A program made the translations under genes and the position numbers. The notes below the pieces were generated by a model that worked only from the letters and a program-made list of their open reading frames with translations, did not search any database and was not told the DNA's origin. Shown here piece after piece: positions 24,501 through 36,322 of a DNA stretch of 64,000 nucleotides. Source of the stretch: Mobula hypostoma (taxonomy: Eukaryota); contig NC_086097.1 of assembly GCF_963921235.1 (NCBI RefSeq), positions 205,904,001-205,968,000 on the forward strand, written 5' to 3'. How positions within the stretch are numbered: position 1 is the stretch's first letter; every line of letters begins with the position of its first letter.

Positions 24501-25894
24501 TCAGAATGAGATACGATGCAGCCAGTAGGTTTTAAAAAGAGCTAATTTCTTGAGGGGCAGTGAATGAAGAAAAATCATCAGAATAATTCAGTATGGGTAT
24601 GAATAATAGTCGTACAAGTGTTTCATCAGCAGTTTTTATTTGTTCAATTAAGGAATAAGGGAACTATTAATATGATGATAGATATTGAGGCAATTCCAGT
24701 TAGGCTTTGAATTTGACAGGCTTGGCTCAGATCAATTAGAACCTAATTCATTAACTGAGGAAACAGTTCTCTCCTGTTACCCATACTTAAGACTGTATCT
24801 TCCATTTTAGGGGAACACAGGAAGTCTGAAGACACCACTTGAAGAGGATGGAAATAAATATGTTACAACATATGTACCCGAACCAACAACACTACAAAGA
24901 AAGGAGCTCTTGGGCACTTGTCTTGTTGTTGCTGATGGATCTCACACCCATTGAATTAACTACTTTACATCAATGCTGTGCACTAATCTTTATCGTGTAA
25001 AGGTTTGGAATGGACTGAAAAGAAGTGGAAAGATCAACCCATGGTGCTTTAACTCCAGGCTTTGGGACAATCTGACTGACTGATTGAGAAGAAACCTATC
25101 AACTTCCACGACACAAATTCTATTAAGATCTTCTACTCTGCCTAAAGCCTGAAAATGAAATTGCATTTTCTCTGATATGTTTCATTGACAAAAATAGCAA
25201 AAAGAACTTTCTGAGAAAAGAGAAGGCAAATATACTTCCATCATCATATTCATATTCCATAAATGAATAAATATTTCATCTGACATACACAATGCCATAT
25301 CACTATTCTTTAACCTGCACTATTTCCATTCTCTGTAACTTCCTTTCTAAGTTCCAGAACTAACTGCATGTGAAGGACATTGCTCCTCAGCAATGCTGAG
25401 ATAGTTGTCTGCCATGCTTGAAGAGAATTAAGAGATCATCCTATCCAATTATGTCATTACAAACATGTAGGATGACGTTCAACAAATATGAAGCGTGTCC
25501 TTCAGCATTTCTTTGTCTCTATCTCCAGCTTTCAGTACGTCTCTTCTCTTTCACATTCTTCGCCACTTAGCAAAAACCTCCTCTGATTTCTGTTCCTTCC
25601 TAACACCTGGCATCTTCTTGCTGCCTTCACATTGGTCAAAGTGCAGTCCTTTTTCATATGGTAGTACCATACAACATGCAACTTCTAGACTCTTGACATA
25701 TTTTACAGATCACATGTATGTTTTCATATAGAATTCCTGCTGAGTACCACTTGCACGTTGTTCTTCATCCTTCCTCCCTGCATATGGAGCCACATGCATC
25801 CATAACTTAATTTAATGAATCTCTCATTAACTCAAGTTATTCTCTTCTGCAAGGCAAACAGCAAGATTAGGAGGCCAAGCTAACCTTGTGCTCC

Positions 25895-26360
25895 ATTGCT
25901 CCACTCACTTATTCTTATGACTGTGAGGCTAAGTAAGGATCTAATGCCATGTTTAAGTTGCTGAGAACACCACTGTCACTGGTCAAATCAAAAGCGATGA
26001 GGAAGATTGAACATCTGGCAGAGTGGTGGCACAACAGCAACCTCTCACTCAATTTCAGCAAGCCCAAGGAGCAGATTATTGACTTCGGGAGGATCAAACC
26101 AGAAGGACTCTTCATCTCATGTTCTTGATATTTATTACTTATTACTATCATTAGTTTTCTTTTTTCATTTTTGTATGTGCACAGTTTACTGTCTTTTGCA
26201 CATTTGTTGTTTGCCAGTCTTATTGTGTGGCTTTTCAAAGATTCTATTGTTTCTTGTTTTCACTGTGAATGCCCACAAGAAAATGTGTCCCAATGTTGTA
26301 TATGGTGACATATATGTATTTTGATAATAAACTTACTTTAAATGCTTGAACTTTAATCTT
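25895..26360 (+). mobile_element. Internally deleted Rex1/Babar-type element
   Basis: RT remnant (YSYDCEAK...FK...LAEWWHNSNLSLNFSKPKEQIIDFG) joined directly to the 3'UTR and tail seen at 19710-19935. Confidence 0.7.
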
Positions 26361-26423
26361 TGAAGTTGCATAAAGAAGCCTTAGATATTTGAGGATAGAT
26401 TGGAGTTCTGCACACAAGAAATT

Positions 26424-28443
26424 TTTATTATTATTATTCTCCTTCTCCTACTTCCAGCTGTTTAGACACATCTAGGCATATTACAGCCCTCCGCAGGATG
26501 TATAATTATAGAACTTCAAGGGACTCAAATTCTCGAATACAACCTTGTCTCACATATAAACTGAATAATAGACTCTTCAATCAGATGTTGATTCTCTTGA
26601 TGACCAAAGAAAGATTTAATAGAAAACCAAAATAAATTTAAGGCAGATAGCCTCTTGAACAACATGCTTCTTTCAATTTTGTATTGATTACAGCTCAGCA
26701 AAACATGCTGGACTGTCTCTGGACTACCACAGTCACATAATCCAGTAGGATGTTTTCCTATTATCTTTAAATAAAGGTTTAGCCCACAATGCCCCAACCC
26801 AAGTCTTGTAAATTTCACCACATCTCTACGACTTAAAAGGTAACAGTCTGAGACCTTTTTAACTAGTGGGTGACAAGAAAAATAATGCCTGCCCCTTAAT
26901 TCATTTTTCCAATCCTCCTGCCACTTCTTCTCTATACCTTTTTTAATCCTACTTCTCAATTCTGCTCTGCCTAGGGGAGCTCTAATTTCTACTTGCCTGC
27001 TCTGTAAGGAAGACTTTGCAATGCCATCCACAATTTCATTTCCCTCCACCCCAGCATGCCCTGGTATCCATGAAAATCTAACTGCACAACCCATTTTCCC
27101 TACTCTAAACAACACTAAGAGAATCTCAATGACTATGTCATGATGAGCTTTTGATTTACTCCCTTTGATAGACTCTAAGGCAGCAGCAGAATCCGAACAG
27201 TTGATAACCCTACGTGGTCGAGAGTCTTCTATCCACCATAAGGTCCAGAGGATTGCTGATAATTCTGTTGCAAAGACAGAAACACCATCTGAATCCCAGT
27301 GACCAATCTTAACTCCAAGTTGAGACACATACATCCCAAATCCTGCCCTACTTCTCTCTGAGTCCACTGAGCCATCAGTAAAAATCTTCAGATAAGATCC
27401 CCATTTATTATTTAAATATTCATTTGTGATCAACGCTGATGAAATTGCACTGCTTCCTTGAAGCTGAAAAAGGAGGAATAGGTCTACTTCTGGTTCTGGA
27501 AAGAGCCAAAAAGGGATGGGTGGCAAGCAAATTTGGTCAACTATGTCTTCATCAGTCAGTTTCAATTTCACAGCACAGTTATTAACCAAAACTAAAAATG
27601 GGTATCTTTTAATTTTACTTTGGCTCTCTGACTTCCACTGCAAAAGACACGTTGATGGACGGCTGTGATTGAATCCATTTAGTTTTACCCAATTCTGCAG
27701 GTCCAACTGAATTCGTCTTAAATGTAGAGGCATTTCTCCCATCTCCACACATAATGCCAGGACCGATGTTGTTCTAAAAGCTCCACAACAGAGTCTAAGT
27801 GCTTTGTACTGCAGAGTGTCTAGTTTTCCAAGCACTACTGTAGCAGCAGAACCATAAGCAATACAACCATAATCTATAACTGATCTAATCATAGCCAAAT
27901 ATATTAAGCACATAGTTTCCTGCCCTGCTCCCCAGTCGCATCCAGCAATACTTCTCATAACATTTAAAACTTTCTCACACTTTCCAATTGTTTTATCTAT
28001 ATGAACCCTCCAAGTAAGTCTTTCATCAAACCAGACACCTAAAAACTTGAATACCTTGACTATTTCTAGTGGAGAATCATATGGACACAATTCACAATCA
28101 AGAATCTTTCTTCTGAAGCCAAACATCATGTATTTGGACTTAGAAGCAGAAATCCTGAAACCCCATTTATTAGCCCAGTTTTCAACTGATCTTAAAGCCT
28201 TTTGTACCTGCCTTAATATATACTTGATGTTTCTTCCTCTTTTCCAGATTGCACCATGGTCTGCAAACAATAATTTGCCAAATCCTGTCCCCACCTGATC
28301 AAAGATATCATTTATCATGACATTAAAAAGAACTGGACTACTGACACTTCCCTGAGGGGTACCATTACCTATTTTAACTGACTTGGAGCTTGTTCCGCCT
28401 ATTCTTACTTGAATTACCCTTTCCTTAAGGAAATCTTTGATCT
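26424..28443 (-). mobile_element. 5'-truncated Nimb/I-group LINE
   Basis: Truncated inside RT (KDFLKERVIQVRIG...GTPQGSVSSPVLFNVMIND at the 5' junction); 3'UTR gcggagggctgtaatatgcct followed by an (AAT)n tail. Confidence 0.85.
26525..28318 (-). CDS. Partial LINE ORF2: RT C-terminus, RNase H, CCHC finger (597 aa, reading frame open to ~28440)
   Basis: LLFADH (FADD mutated); RNase H IFTDGS...SVFATEL...CSDS...WIPGHAGVEGNEIVD; CDCGSPETVQHVLLSC. Confidence 0.85.
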   Translation of the reverse strand: MINDIFDQVGTGFGKLLFADHGAIWKRGRNIKYILRQVQKALRSVENWANKWGFRISASKSKYMMFGFRRKILDCELCPYDSPLEIVKVFKFLGVWFDERLTWRVHIDKTIGKCEKVLNVMRSIAGCDWGAGQETMCLIYLAMIRSVIDYGCIAYGSAATVVLGKLDTLQYKALRLCCGAFRTTSVLALCVEMGEMPLHLRRIQLDLQNWVKLNGFNHSRPSTCLLQWKSESQSKIKRYPFLVLVNNCAVKLKLTDEDIVDQICLPPIPFWLFPEPEVDLFLLFQLQGSSAISSALITNEYLNNKWGSYLKIFTDGSVDSERSRAGFGMYVSQLGVKIGHWDSDGVSVFATELSAILWTLWWIEDSRPRRVINCSDSAAALESIKGSKSKAHHDIVIEILLVLFRVGKMGCAVRFSWIPGHAGVEGNEIVDGIAKSSLQSRQVEIRAPLGRAELRSRIKKGIEKKWQEDWKNELRGRHYFSCHPLVKKVSDCYLLSRRDVVKFTRLGLGHCGLNLYLKIIGKHPTGLCDCGSPETVQHVLLSCNQYKIERSMLFKRLSALNLFWFSIKSFFGHQENQHLIEESIIQFICETRLYSRI

Positions 28444-28449
28444 GTATTT

Positions 28450-29310
28450 GGAGGTGACATTGACTAAAACTGGAGGCGGGGTGAAGTTGAGATGGTGCTA
28501 AACGGCAACTGCTTTGCTTGCATCCTCAGATACAGCTCTATTTCCATCTTTAATATCTTTAATTTTCCCTTTCAGAGTTCTTTTGAAGACGCTGACCTGG
28601 AGTTACATGCTGACTTTGGTCCTTTGCGGGAATGGGGACTCGCTCTCGGGGTTCCGTAACCCGCCGTTGTTCGGCACACCAAGGGTTCAGCTTGAGAATC
28701 CGGCTCGAATTTGGAAGCCTAAGATCTTGGGGCTCTGGAGATGGGCGGTTCGAGGTTTGGTGTTATGGCAGGAGACTCGTGTGTCATCGGGGGAGTCAGG
28801 ATATCTGCTGTGTGCCCAAAGACCTGAGATCTCTGCGATCTTCAGGCACAGAGCTCAGAAAAAGCGACGTAATGGACTTCTAACATCGTAAACCAGCAGG
28901 TTGTTTGTTTTGTCTCCCCGTTTGCTGGTGAAAAATGGAGACACCTTTTTTGCCCTTATTAGAGAGAGGGAGAGAGAATCTGCAGTATGTTGTATGCCCC
29001 ATGAAACTTGAAGTCTTTAGAGTAACTGCAAGTCTGTCTTTGCTATTGCTTTGTTCATGCTGAGTGCTCGGTGGTGGTACCGATGCTTGGTTTTTTTTGC
29101 CGGTGGGGGGAGGGGGAATTGTTGCTTGCTGCCGCTTACAGACAGGAGGGAGGGGAGCTGGGGGGGGGGTACTTTGGGGTTCTTATGTTTATCTGTCGTT
29201 CACTCTTTGGGGCACTTCTCTGTTTTCGTGGATATTTGAAAAGGAAAAGCATTTCAGGATGTATATTGTATACGTTTCTCTGACTTTAAATTGGACCTTT
29301 GAACCTTTGA
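28450..29310 (+). mobile_element. Long CpG-rich SINE-like non-autonomous element
   Basis: No meaningful ORF; G-runs; ends atttcaggatgtatattgtatac...cctttgaacctttga, resembling the Rex1-type tails elsewhere in the window. Confidence 0.55.
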
Positions 29311-29804
29311 TAGATAACTGGAAAAATGTATTTCAATACATTTGAAAAGTATACATACATAACTCGATTGCATCAAATTCCGTGCTTTTCTGCAGTTATT
29401 CCACCTTCCTATGATATACAAACCTCCTTCCTTCAGATCCTTCACAGGTCAGAGAATTGATGACCTCACGGATTTTAGACTAAAAAAAGTGTCTCACGGA
29501 AGCAGTTAAGAGTTTAATGACTATGAGCCAGAAAGATTCATACTTTCCTCAGCAAACATAACATTAAAATTACTTTACATAGCTTCCTTGGTTTTGCAAA
29601 ATGTTGCCCCCTTTAGGGGTTCTGATGTTTTCCAGGTTAACAGCAGTTAAGGCCCACTTAATTTAAAAGGACATTGAACCGTGTGCAAGCTATCCATGTT
29701 TAGCAGGTTCCACACTTCTAATAATGTCCATTGCATTGTGTACAAAGTGATGTAAATGAGACAAAGGTGCTTAAACTAAATATCAATAGTCACCATAGGG
29801 CAAT

Positions 29805-30052
29805 ATAGAACAGAAACAGGCCTTTTGACCCATCTAGTACATACCAAACTATTATTCTGCCTGGTCACATCAACCTACATCAGGACCATACCCTCCATAT
29901 CTCTCCCATTCATGTACCAATTCAAACTTCTCTTAAATGTTGAAATGAACCCCAGCATCCACATCCACTGGCAGCTTGTTTCACGCATGCACACCAACTT
30001 CTGACTGAAGTTCCCCCTCATGTCCCCCTTAAACATTTCACCTTTCACCCTT
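29805..30052 (-). mobile_element. CR1 3' fragment
   Basis: Homologous to 43675-43945 (CR1 3'UTR and end of ORF2). Confidence 0.8.
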
Positions 30053-33000
30053 AAGGGTAGGACAAGTGATGAGGTTCTGTATAGGGAGTTCAGGAAGTTT
30101 GGTGCTAAATTAAAGGGTAGGACCTCCAGGTTTGTGATCTCAGGACTGCTAGAAAAAGTATTCAGTTTAATATATGGCTAAGGAGTTGGTGGAGGAGGGT
30201 GAGCATATTTTTGGATTGCTGGGCTCTCTTGCAGGGAAGATGGGACCTGCACAGAAGGCACAGTTTGCACCTAAGCTGGAGGGAGACTAACATCCTAGCA
30301 GGAAGGTTTGCTAATGATCCATGGTGGGATTTAAACTAGAGTTGCAGGGGAATGGGAACCAGAGTGCCAGAATAATTAGTGGAGATTTCGTGGAGGCAGG
30401 TACTGGTAAGACCTCAAAGTTACAAATCAAAGGATTGAACATGATGTTACTAGTATCCTGAGCTGCCTATATTTCAATGCTAGAAGTATCATCGGAAAGG
30501 TGGATGGTAGAGCTGAAGATGAGGTAGCTGGCTTACAAACAGAGGCAATGTGTAGTGAGGAGAGGCTGTTGATAAGGCAAAATTTCAATCAACAGGATGA
30601 GTTGCAAGGTAAAAGGCAAACTAAATAGAAAAGAGAGAATACAAGACTGAAGATGTTATATTTGAATGTGTGCAATATACAGAATAAGGTAGATGAACTT
30701 GCAGCACATTTGTAGACTGGCAGGTATGATGTTATAGACATCACTGAATCATGGCTGAAAGAAGGTGATAGCTGGGAGCTTAATGTCACATAATATCAAA
30801 AGAATAGACAGGGAGGCAGAGGGGGCAACATTGCTCTGTTGGTTAAAAAATGAAATCAAATCATTAGAAAGAGGTGACATGGGGTCAGAAGGTGGTGTAT
30901 CATTATGGGTAGAGCTATGGAAATGCTAAGGACCCTGATGGGACTGCCAAACAGTAGCAAGGATGTGGCTCATAAATAATGATAGGAGATAGAAAATACA
31001 TGTCAAAAGGGCAACGTTACAATGGTCATGGGGGATTTCCATATGTAGGTGGATTAGGAAAAATCAGGCTGGTGCTGGATTCCAGAGGGGGAATTTCTAG
31101 AGTGCCTGTGAGATGGCTTTTTAGAGCAGCTTGTGGTTGAGCCCACTGAGGGATCAGCTATTCTGGATTGGGTGTCGTGCAAGGAACCAGAAGTGATTAG
31201 AGAGCTTAAGGTAAAAGAACCACTGCGGGCAAGTGATCATAATGTGATCAAAATCAGCGAGCAATTTTAGGAGTGCTGAAGTCAGATGTACCAGTATAAC
31301 AGTGGAGGAAAGGGAATTACAAAGGCATGAGAGAGCAGCTGGCCAGAGTTGATTGGAAAAGAACAATGGCAGGGATGACAGCCAAGCAGCAATGACTGGA
31401 ATTTCTGGAAGCATTTCAGAAGGCACAGGATACATATACCCCAAAGAGGAAGTAGAATTCTAAAGGCAAGATGACACAACCATGGCTAACAAGTCAAAGC
31501 CAAGAGAGCATATAATAGGGCAAAGATTAGTGAAAACTTAAAGGATTGGGAAACATTTAAAAACCAACAGAAGGCAACTAGAAAAGTCATTAAGGAGGTA
31601 AAGATGGAATACAAAAGTAAGCTAGCCAATATTAAAAAGGATACCAAAAATTTCTTCATATTGGATAATGGACCACTGGAAAATGATGCTGGAGAGGTAG
31701 TAATGGGGGACCTGAAATTGCAAATGATCTGAATAAGTATTTTGCGTCAGTCTTCACTATGGACAGCACTAGCAGTATGGTGGAAGTTCGAGGTATCAGG
31801 GGCCATAAAGTGTGTGAAGTTACCATAAATAGAGAGAAGATTCTTGGTAAACTGAAAGGTTTAAAGGTAGCTAAGTTACCACAACCAGATGGTGTACACC
31901 CCAGGGTTCTGATAGAGGTGGCTTTTGTTACGAGAATACACATAAAATTAAGATGTTTGCTGGCCTGGGCTAGCATCAGTGGCATCAGCAGTTGGTCTGC
32001 CACCTGCCCTCAGGGGAAGGAGAGATAAGGAACAATGGAGCAGCGTCTGGAGATGTGTAATGAAGGGATGTGGGAGGGAGAGCTGTCTGGAGCGGCTCCC
32101 CCCTTTGAACCCTGAACTGTTTGAAGTGATGGACAGGCGATACCCCAGCAGGGGGATAAAAAGGGACAGGTTCGCTAAGGCAGCACACACACGCCACCCG
32201 AGGTAATGAGACCCTGGAAGCGGTACGCTTCTCACGAGTGGGTGAGAAGTACCAGACAACGACAAGGGTGGAAAGGTACGATCAGCGGGAACCCGGTGTG
32301 TGTCCGCCCTTGCCTGGGTGCCGGGTTCACTGCAGAGGATCGACCGCATCTGGAGGAGGGGTCACAGTCGGTGACCTCAGGTGACATCACCAAGGACCCG
32401 CCCAAAAGTTGCTTGTGAGCCATCCCGCCGGTCTGTGAGTGAAGCCGTTCTGAATGATCAGTTGTTCCTGTTCTCTCTGTCTCTCTTCCCCCACCTTGTC
32501 CATCGCCATGGCAACGATTACTGCGAACTGAACTACTAACTGGACTGAACTTTGAGTCATTTTGAAATTGGTCATTTACCCCTAGACAACGATAGAGCTT
32601 GATTGATGCTGTTATCTTACTTCTGTGCACATGTGTGTTTATCATCACTGAACTGTTGCATTTATTATCCTTTCGATTACGGTGTTGCTTGTTTCTTTAA
32701 TAAAACTTTCTTAGTTCTAGTACTCCAGACTCCAACTGAGTGATCCATTTCTGCTGGTTTGGCAACCCAGTTACGGGGTACGTAACACTTTCAAGAATCA
32801 CTAGTTTCTGGAATGATTCAGGAAGACTGGAAAATTTCAGATATTGCTCCAGACTTCAAAAAGATGAGAGGCAGAAGAAAGAAAACCATAGGCTAGTCAA
32901 TCTGACCTCAGCGGTTGGGAAGATGTTGGAGTCGATTATTAAAGATGAGGTTTCAGGGTATTTGGAGACACATTAAAAAAAAAAGCCCCAGTCAGCATGG

Positions 33001-33275
33001 TTTCCTCAAGGGAAAATCTTGCCTGACAAATCTGTTGGAATTCTGTGAAGTAGTAATAAGCAGGAAAGGCAAAGAGTCGGTTGATGTTGTGCACTTGGAT
33101 TTTCAGAAGGCCTTTGATAAGGTGTCGCATGAGGCTGCTTAACAAGGTACAAGCCCATGGTATTATAAGAAAGATTCTAGTAGTGGCTCATTGGAAGCAG
33201 GCAAAGAGTGGAAATAAAAGAGCCTTTTCTGGTTGGCTGCTGGTGACTAGTGGTGTTCCACAGGGGCAGTGCATT
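30053..33275 (+). mobile_element. Decayed CR1 with ORF1 esterase remnant, endonuclease and RT start; split by a solo LTR
   Basis: SLHLSWRETNILAGRFA (SGNH esterase end); ITESWL, MGDF, SDHN (endonuclease); PDGVHPRVL, QHGFLKGKSCLTNLLEF, SGVPQG. Confidence 0.9.
31926..32787 (+). mobile_element. Solo LTR (862 bp)
   Basis: TGTTACG...CGTAACA inverted termini; 4-bp TSD CTTT (31922-31925, 32788-32791); TATA-like GATAAAA ~32155 and AATAAA ~32699; same family as 60969-61869. Confidence 0.9.
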
Positions 33276-33364
33276 TTCACCTCAATATCCACTTGGTGAT
33301 TGAATATACTATTTATATTCATTATTACCTCCATTTTATAGTTTCCATCAGGTCAACACTCAGT

Positions 33365-33675
33365 CTCCTTCCCTGGAGCAAAGGATGCTGAGGGGTGACA
33401 TGATAGTGATACATGAGAGGCATTGTTAGAGCAGCTGGTCATTACCTCTTACCCAGAAACATTTTTTTTCTATATACACAGAGTGGTTGATAGTTGGAAT
33501 TCACTGCCAGAGGAGATGGTGAAATCAGATACATAACTATGTTTATAAGACAATTAGACAGGCACTTGAGTTGGCAGGGCATAGAAGGAGGCTGACCTAA
33601 TGTGAGGAAAGGGAAAAACTATGCAGCATGGACATTGTGGGCTGAAAGGCATATTTTGTCTTGTACTATTTTATG
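33365..33675 (+). mobile_element. Old CR1 3' fragment
   Basis: ggatgctgaggggtgacatgatag...cagagtggttgatagttggaattcactgccagag...gggctgaaaggc. Confidence 0.7.
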
Positions 33676-33769
33676 ATAAATGGAAAGTTATTCAAAGGGT
33701 TTCCCACAGACTGCTTCTGAAATTTCTATATGCAATGCAAGTAATCAAATGACATTATCCTTAAGACTG

Positions 33770-35367
33770 ATTTTGCATCAGTCTTACTGTGGAAGACACT
33801 AGCAGTGTGCCAGATGTTGTAGTGTGTGAAGGAAGAGAAGTGAGTGCAGTTACTATTACAAGGGAGAGGTGCTCAAAAAGCTGAAAGACCTAAAAGTACA
33901 TAAGCAACCTTGACCACATGAACTGCACCTTAGGGTTCTGAATGAGGTAGAGTTGGAAATTGTGGTGGCATTAGAAATGATCCTTCAAAAATCATTGGAC
34001 TCTGGCATCCTGTCAGAGGACTGGAAAATTGCAAATGTCACTCCACTGTTTAAGAAAGGAAGAAGGCAGCAAAAAGGAAATTATAGACCAGTTAGCCTGA
34101 CCTCAGTGGTTAGGAAGATGTTGGAATCAATTGTTAAGTACGAGGTGATTGAGTACTTGGTGACACAGGACAAGATCGTACAAAGTCAGCCTGGTTTCCT
34201 TCCGAGAAAATCCTGCCTGATGAACCTATTGAAATTCTTTGAGGAGATTACACGTAGGATAGATCAAGAGGATGCAGTGGATGTTGTATATTTGGACTTT
34301 CAGAAGGCCTTTGACAAGGTACTGCACATGAGGCTGCTTACTAAGTTAAGAGCCCGTGATATTACAGGAAAGTTACTAAGATGGTTAGAGCATTGGTTGA
34401 TTGGAAGAAGGCAGCGAGCGGGAATAAAAGGATGCTTGTCTGGTTGGCTGCCAGTGAGTAGTGGTGTTCCGCAGCGGTCGGTTTTGGGACAACTTTTTAT
34501 GTTGTATATAAATGACAGGTGATGAAATAGATGGCTTTGTTGCCAATTTTGCATATGATATGAAGATTGGCGGAGGGGCAGGTAGTGTTCAGAAAACAGG
34601 TAGGATGCAGAAGGACTTTGATTAGAAGAATGGCAAGCAAGTGACAAATGAAATATAATGTTGGAAAATGCACAGTCATGCACTTTGATAGTAGAAATAA
34701 ATGTGCGGACTATTTTCTAAAAAGTGAGAAAATCAAAAAATCTGAGTTGCAAAGGGACTTGGGAGTCCTTGTGCAGAACACCCTAAAGGTTAACTTCCAG
34801 GTTGAGTCAGTGGTGAGGAAGGCAAATGCAATGTTAGCATTCATTTCAAGAGGTCTAGAATACAAAAGCAGGGATGTGATGCTGAGGCTTTATAAGGCAC
34901 TGGTGAGGCCTTACCTTCATTTTTGTGTATAGTTTTGGGCTCCTCACTTTAGAAGAGATGCGCTGGCATTGGAGAATCCAAAGGAGGTACACAACGATGA
35001 TTCCAGGATTGAAAGAGATCTCATTAAAACTTTTTTTAATATTGAAAGGACTAGACAGAGTAGATGTGGAAAGTATGTTTCCCATGGTCGGGGAGTCTAG
35101 ACAAGAGGGCACAGCCTCAGGATAGAGGGGTTTCCATTCAAAGCAGATGTGGAGAAATTTCATTAGCCAGAGGGTGGTGAATTTGTTGGATTTGTTGCCA
35201 CATGCAGCTGCGGAGGCCAGGTTGTTGGGTTTATTTAAGGCAGAGATTGATAGGTTCTTGATTGGACATGGCATCAAAGGTTATGGGGTTGAGGAGGAGC
35301 GAAAAAAAAGGATCAGCAATGACTGAATGGCGGAGCAGATTTGATGGGCCAAAATCTTATGGTCTTA
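33770..35367 (+). mobile_element. CR1 RT through 3'UTR (decayed)
   Basis: EDWKIANVTPLFKKG...NYRPVSLTS...YLDFQKAFDKV...SGVPQ; tail tcttatggtctta. Confidence 0.92.
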
Positions 35368-35589
35368 ATGTAGTGGCAGACCAAACACTTGGTCATTACA
35401 GTCAATATTGCACCGGAAAAGTCATCAGCCTGAAGTATTTACCCTCTTTCTTTCTCCTCAGGAACTGCCTGACCTGTTGAGTATTTTTAGGATTTCCTGT
35501 TTCAATTACATACAGAGTACTCCCACTTTAATTAATGTCAAAGAGTAAGATCCTCTTTTTTTTTAAAAAAAGAAGAGGCTTAAAAAGAG

Positions 35590-36047
35590 GATCTTCATAG
35601 CAGTCATAGAGTCCATTCTCACGTACGGATGTGAGGCATGGACACTCACCAAGACTATGCAAAAGTCTCCAGATGGTTGCTATAAACAAATGCTCCGGAT
35701 GGATCTTGACATGAGTTGGCAACAGCACATGACAAACGTCGAGCTCTATGATGACCTACCGATGCTCACCACTAAAATCAAGGTGAGAAGACTGCAACTA
35801 GCGGGGCGCTGCCCACACCATGCCACCCCACCCTGAGCTACCTGCCAGCCTAGTCATCATATGGGAGCCCAAACATGGGAGGATGAACCCTGGGCGCCCT
35901 CCCAAGACTATGGTCAACACGCTCCTAGAAGACAGCGGCACAGCTAATGTAGATGAACTGAACACACTGATGAGGGAGAGGCAGAGGGAGAAGTGGAGAG
36001 TCCGTCATCGTGCCCAACGCTGGCCCCCTAGGCCTGAGTCAATGTAG
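35590..36047 (+). mobile_element. RTE-group LINE ORF C-terminal fragment
   Basis: AVIESILTYGCEAWTLTK...MSWQQHMTNVELY...RRLQLAG...WEPKHGRMNPGRP. Confidence 0.75.
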
Positions 36048-36256
36048 AACTAGAAAAGTAAAAATTAAAGTAGAGAGAACTATAAACTGAGTGTGTATTT
36101 CACTTATTCAATTTTAATATTCTCTTTGCTTATGATAGGTTTATCAAAATTGAGTTTGATTGTCATCCTGAGGCCAATAAATTGTTTCTTGTATTGTACG
36201 ATGGTTGTCAGAATGGTGGAGGAAGCATTGGTTGCCTCTGCCACCTCCCCTCATGC

Positions 36257-36322
36257 ATATTTTATCCCTAATATAATATCCCTAATATTATATTTTATCC
36301 CTAATAATATCCCTAATATTGA
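36257..36322 (+). repeat. Four ATCCCTAATA units at the CR1 5' junction
   Basis: tattttatccctaatataatatccctaatattatattttatccctaataatatccctaatattg; the last unit is the CR1 PNIDW coding sequence. Confidence 0.8.

Noticed and set aside
25200..25740. Purine-skewed minus-strand stretch as a host exon
   Set aside because: Stops in the frames examined, no recognisable peptide and no convincing splice sites.
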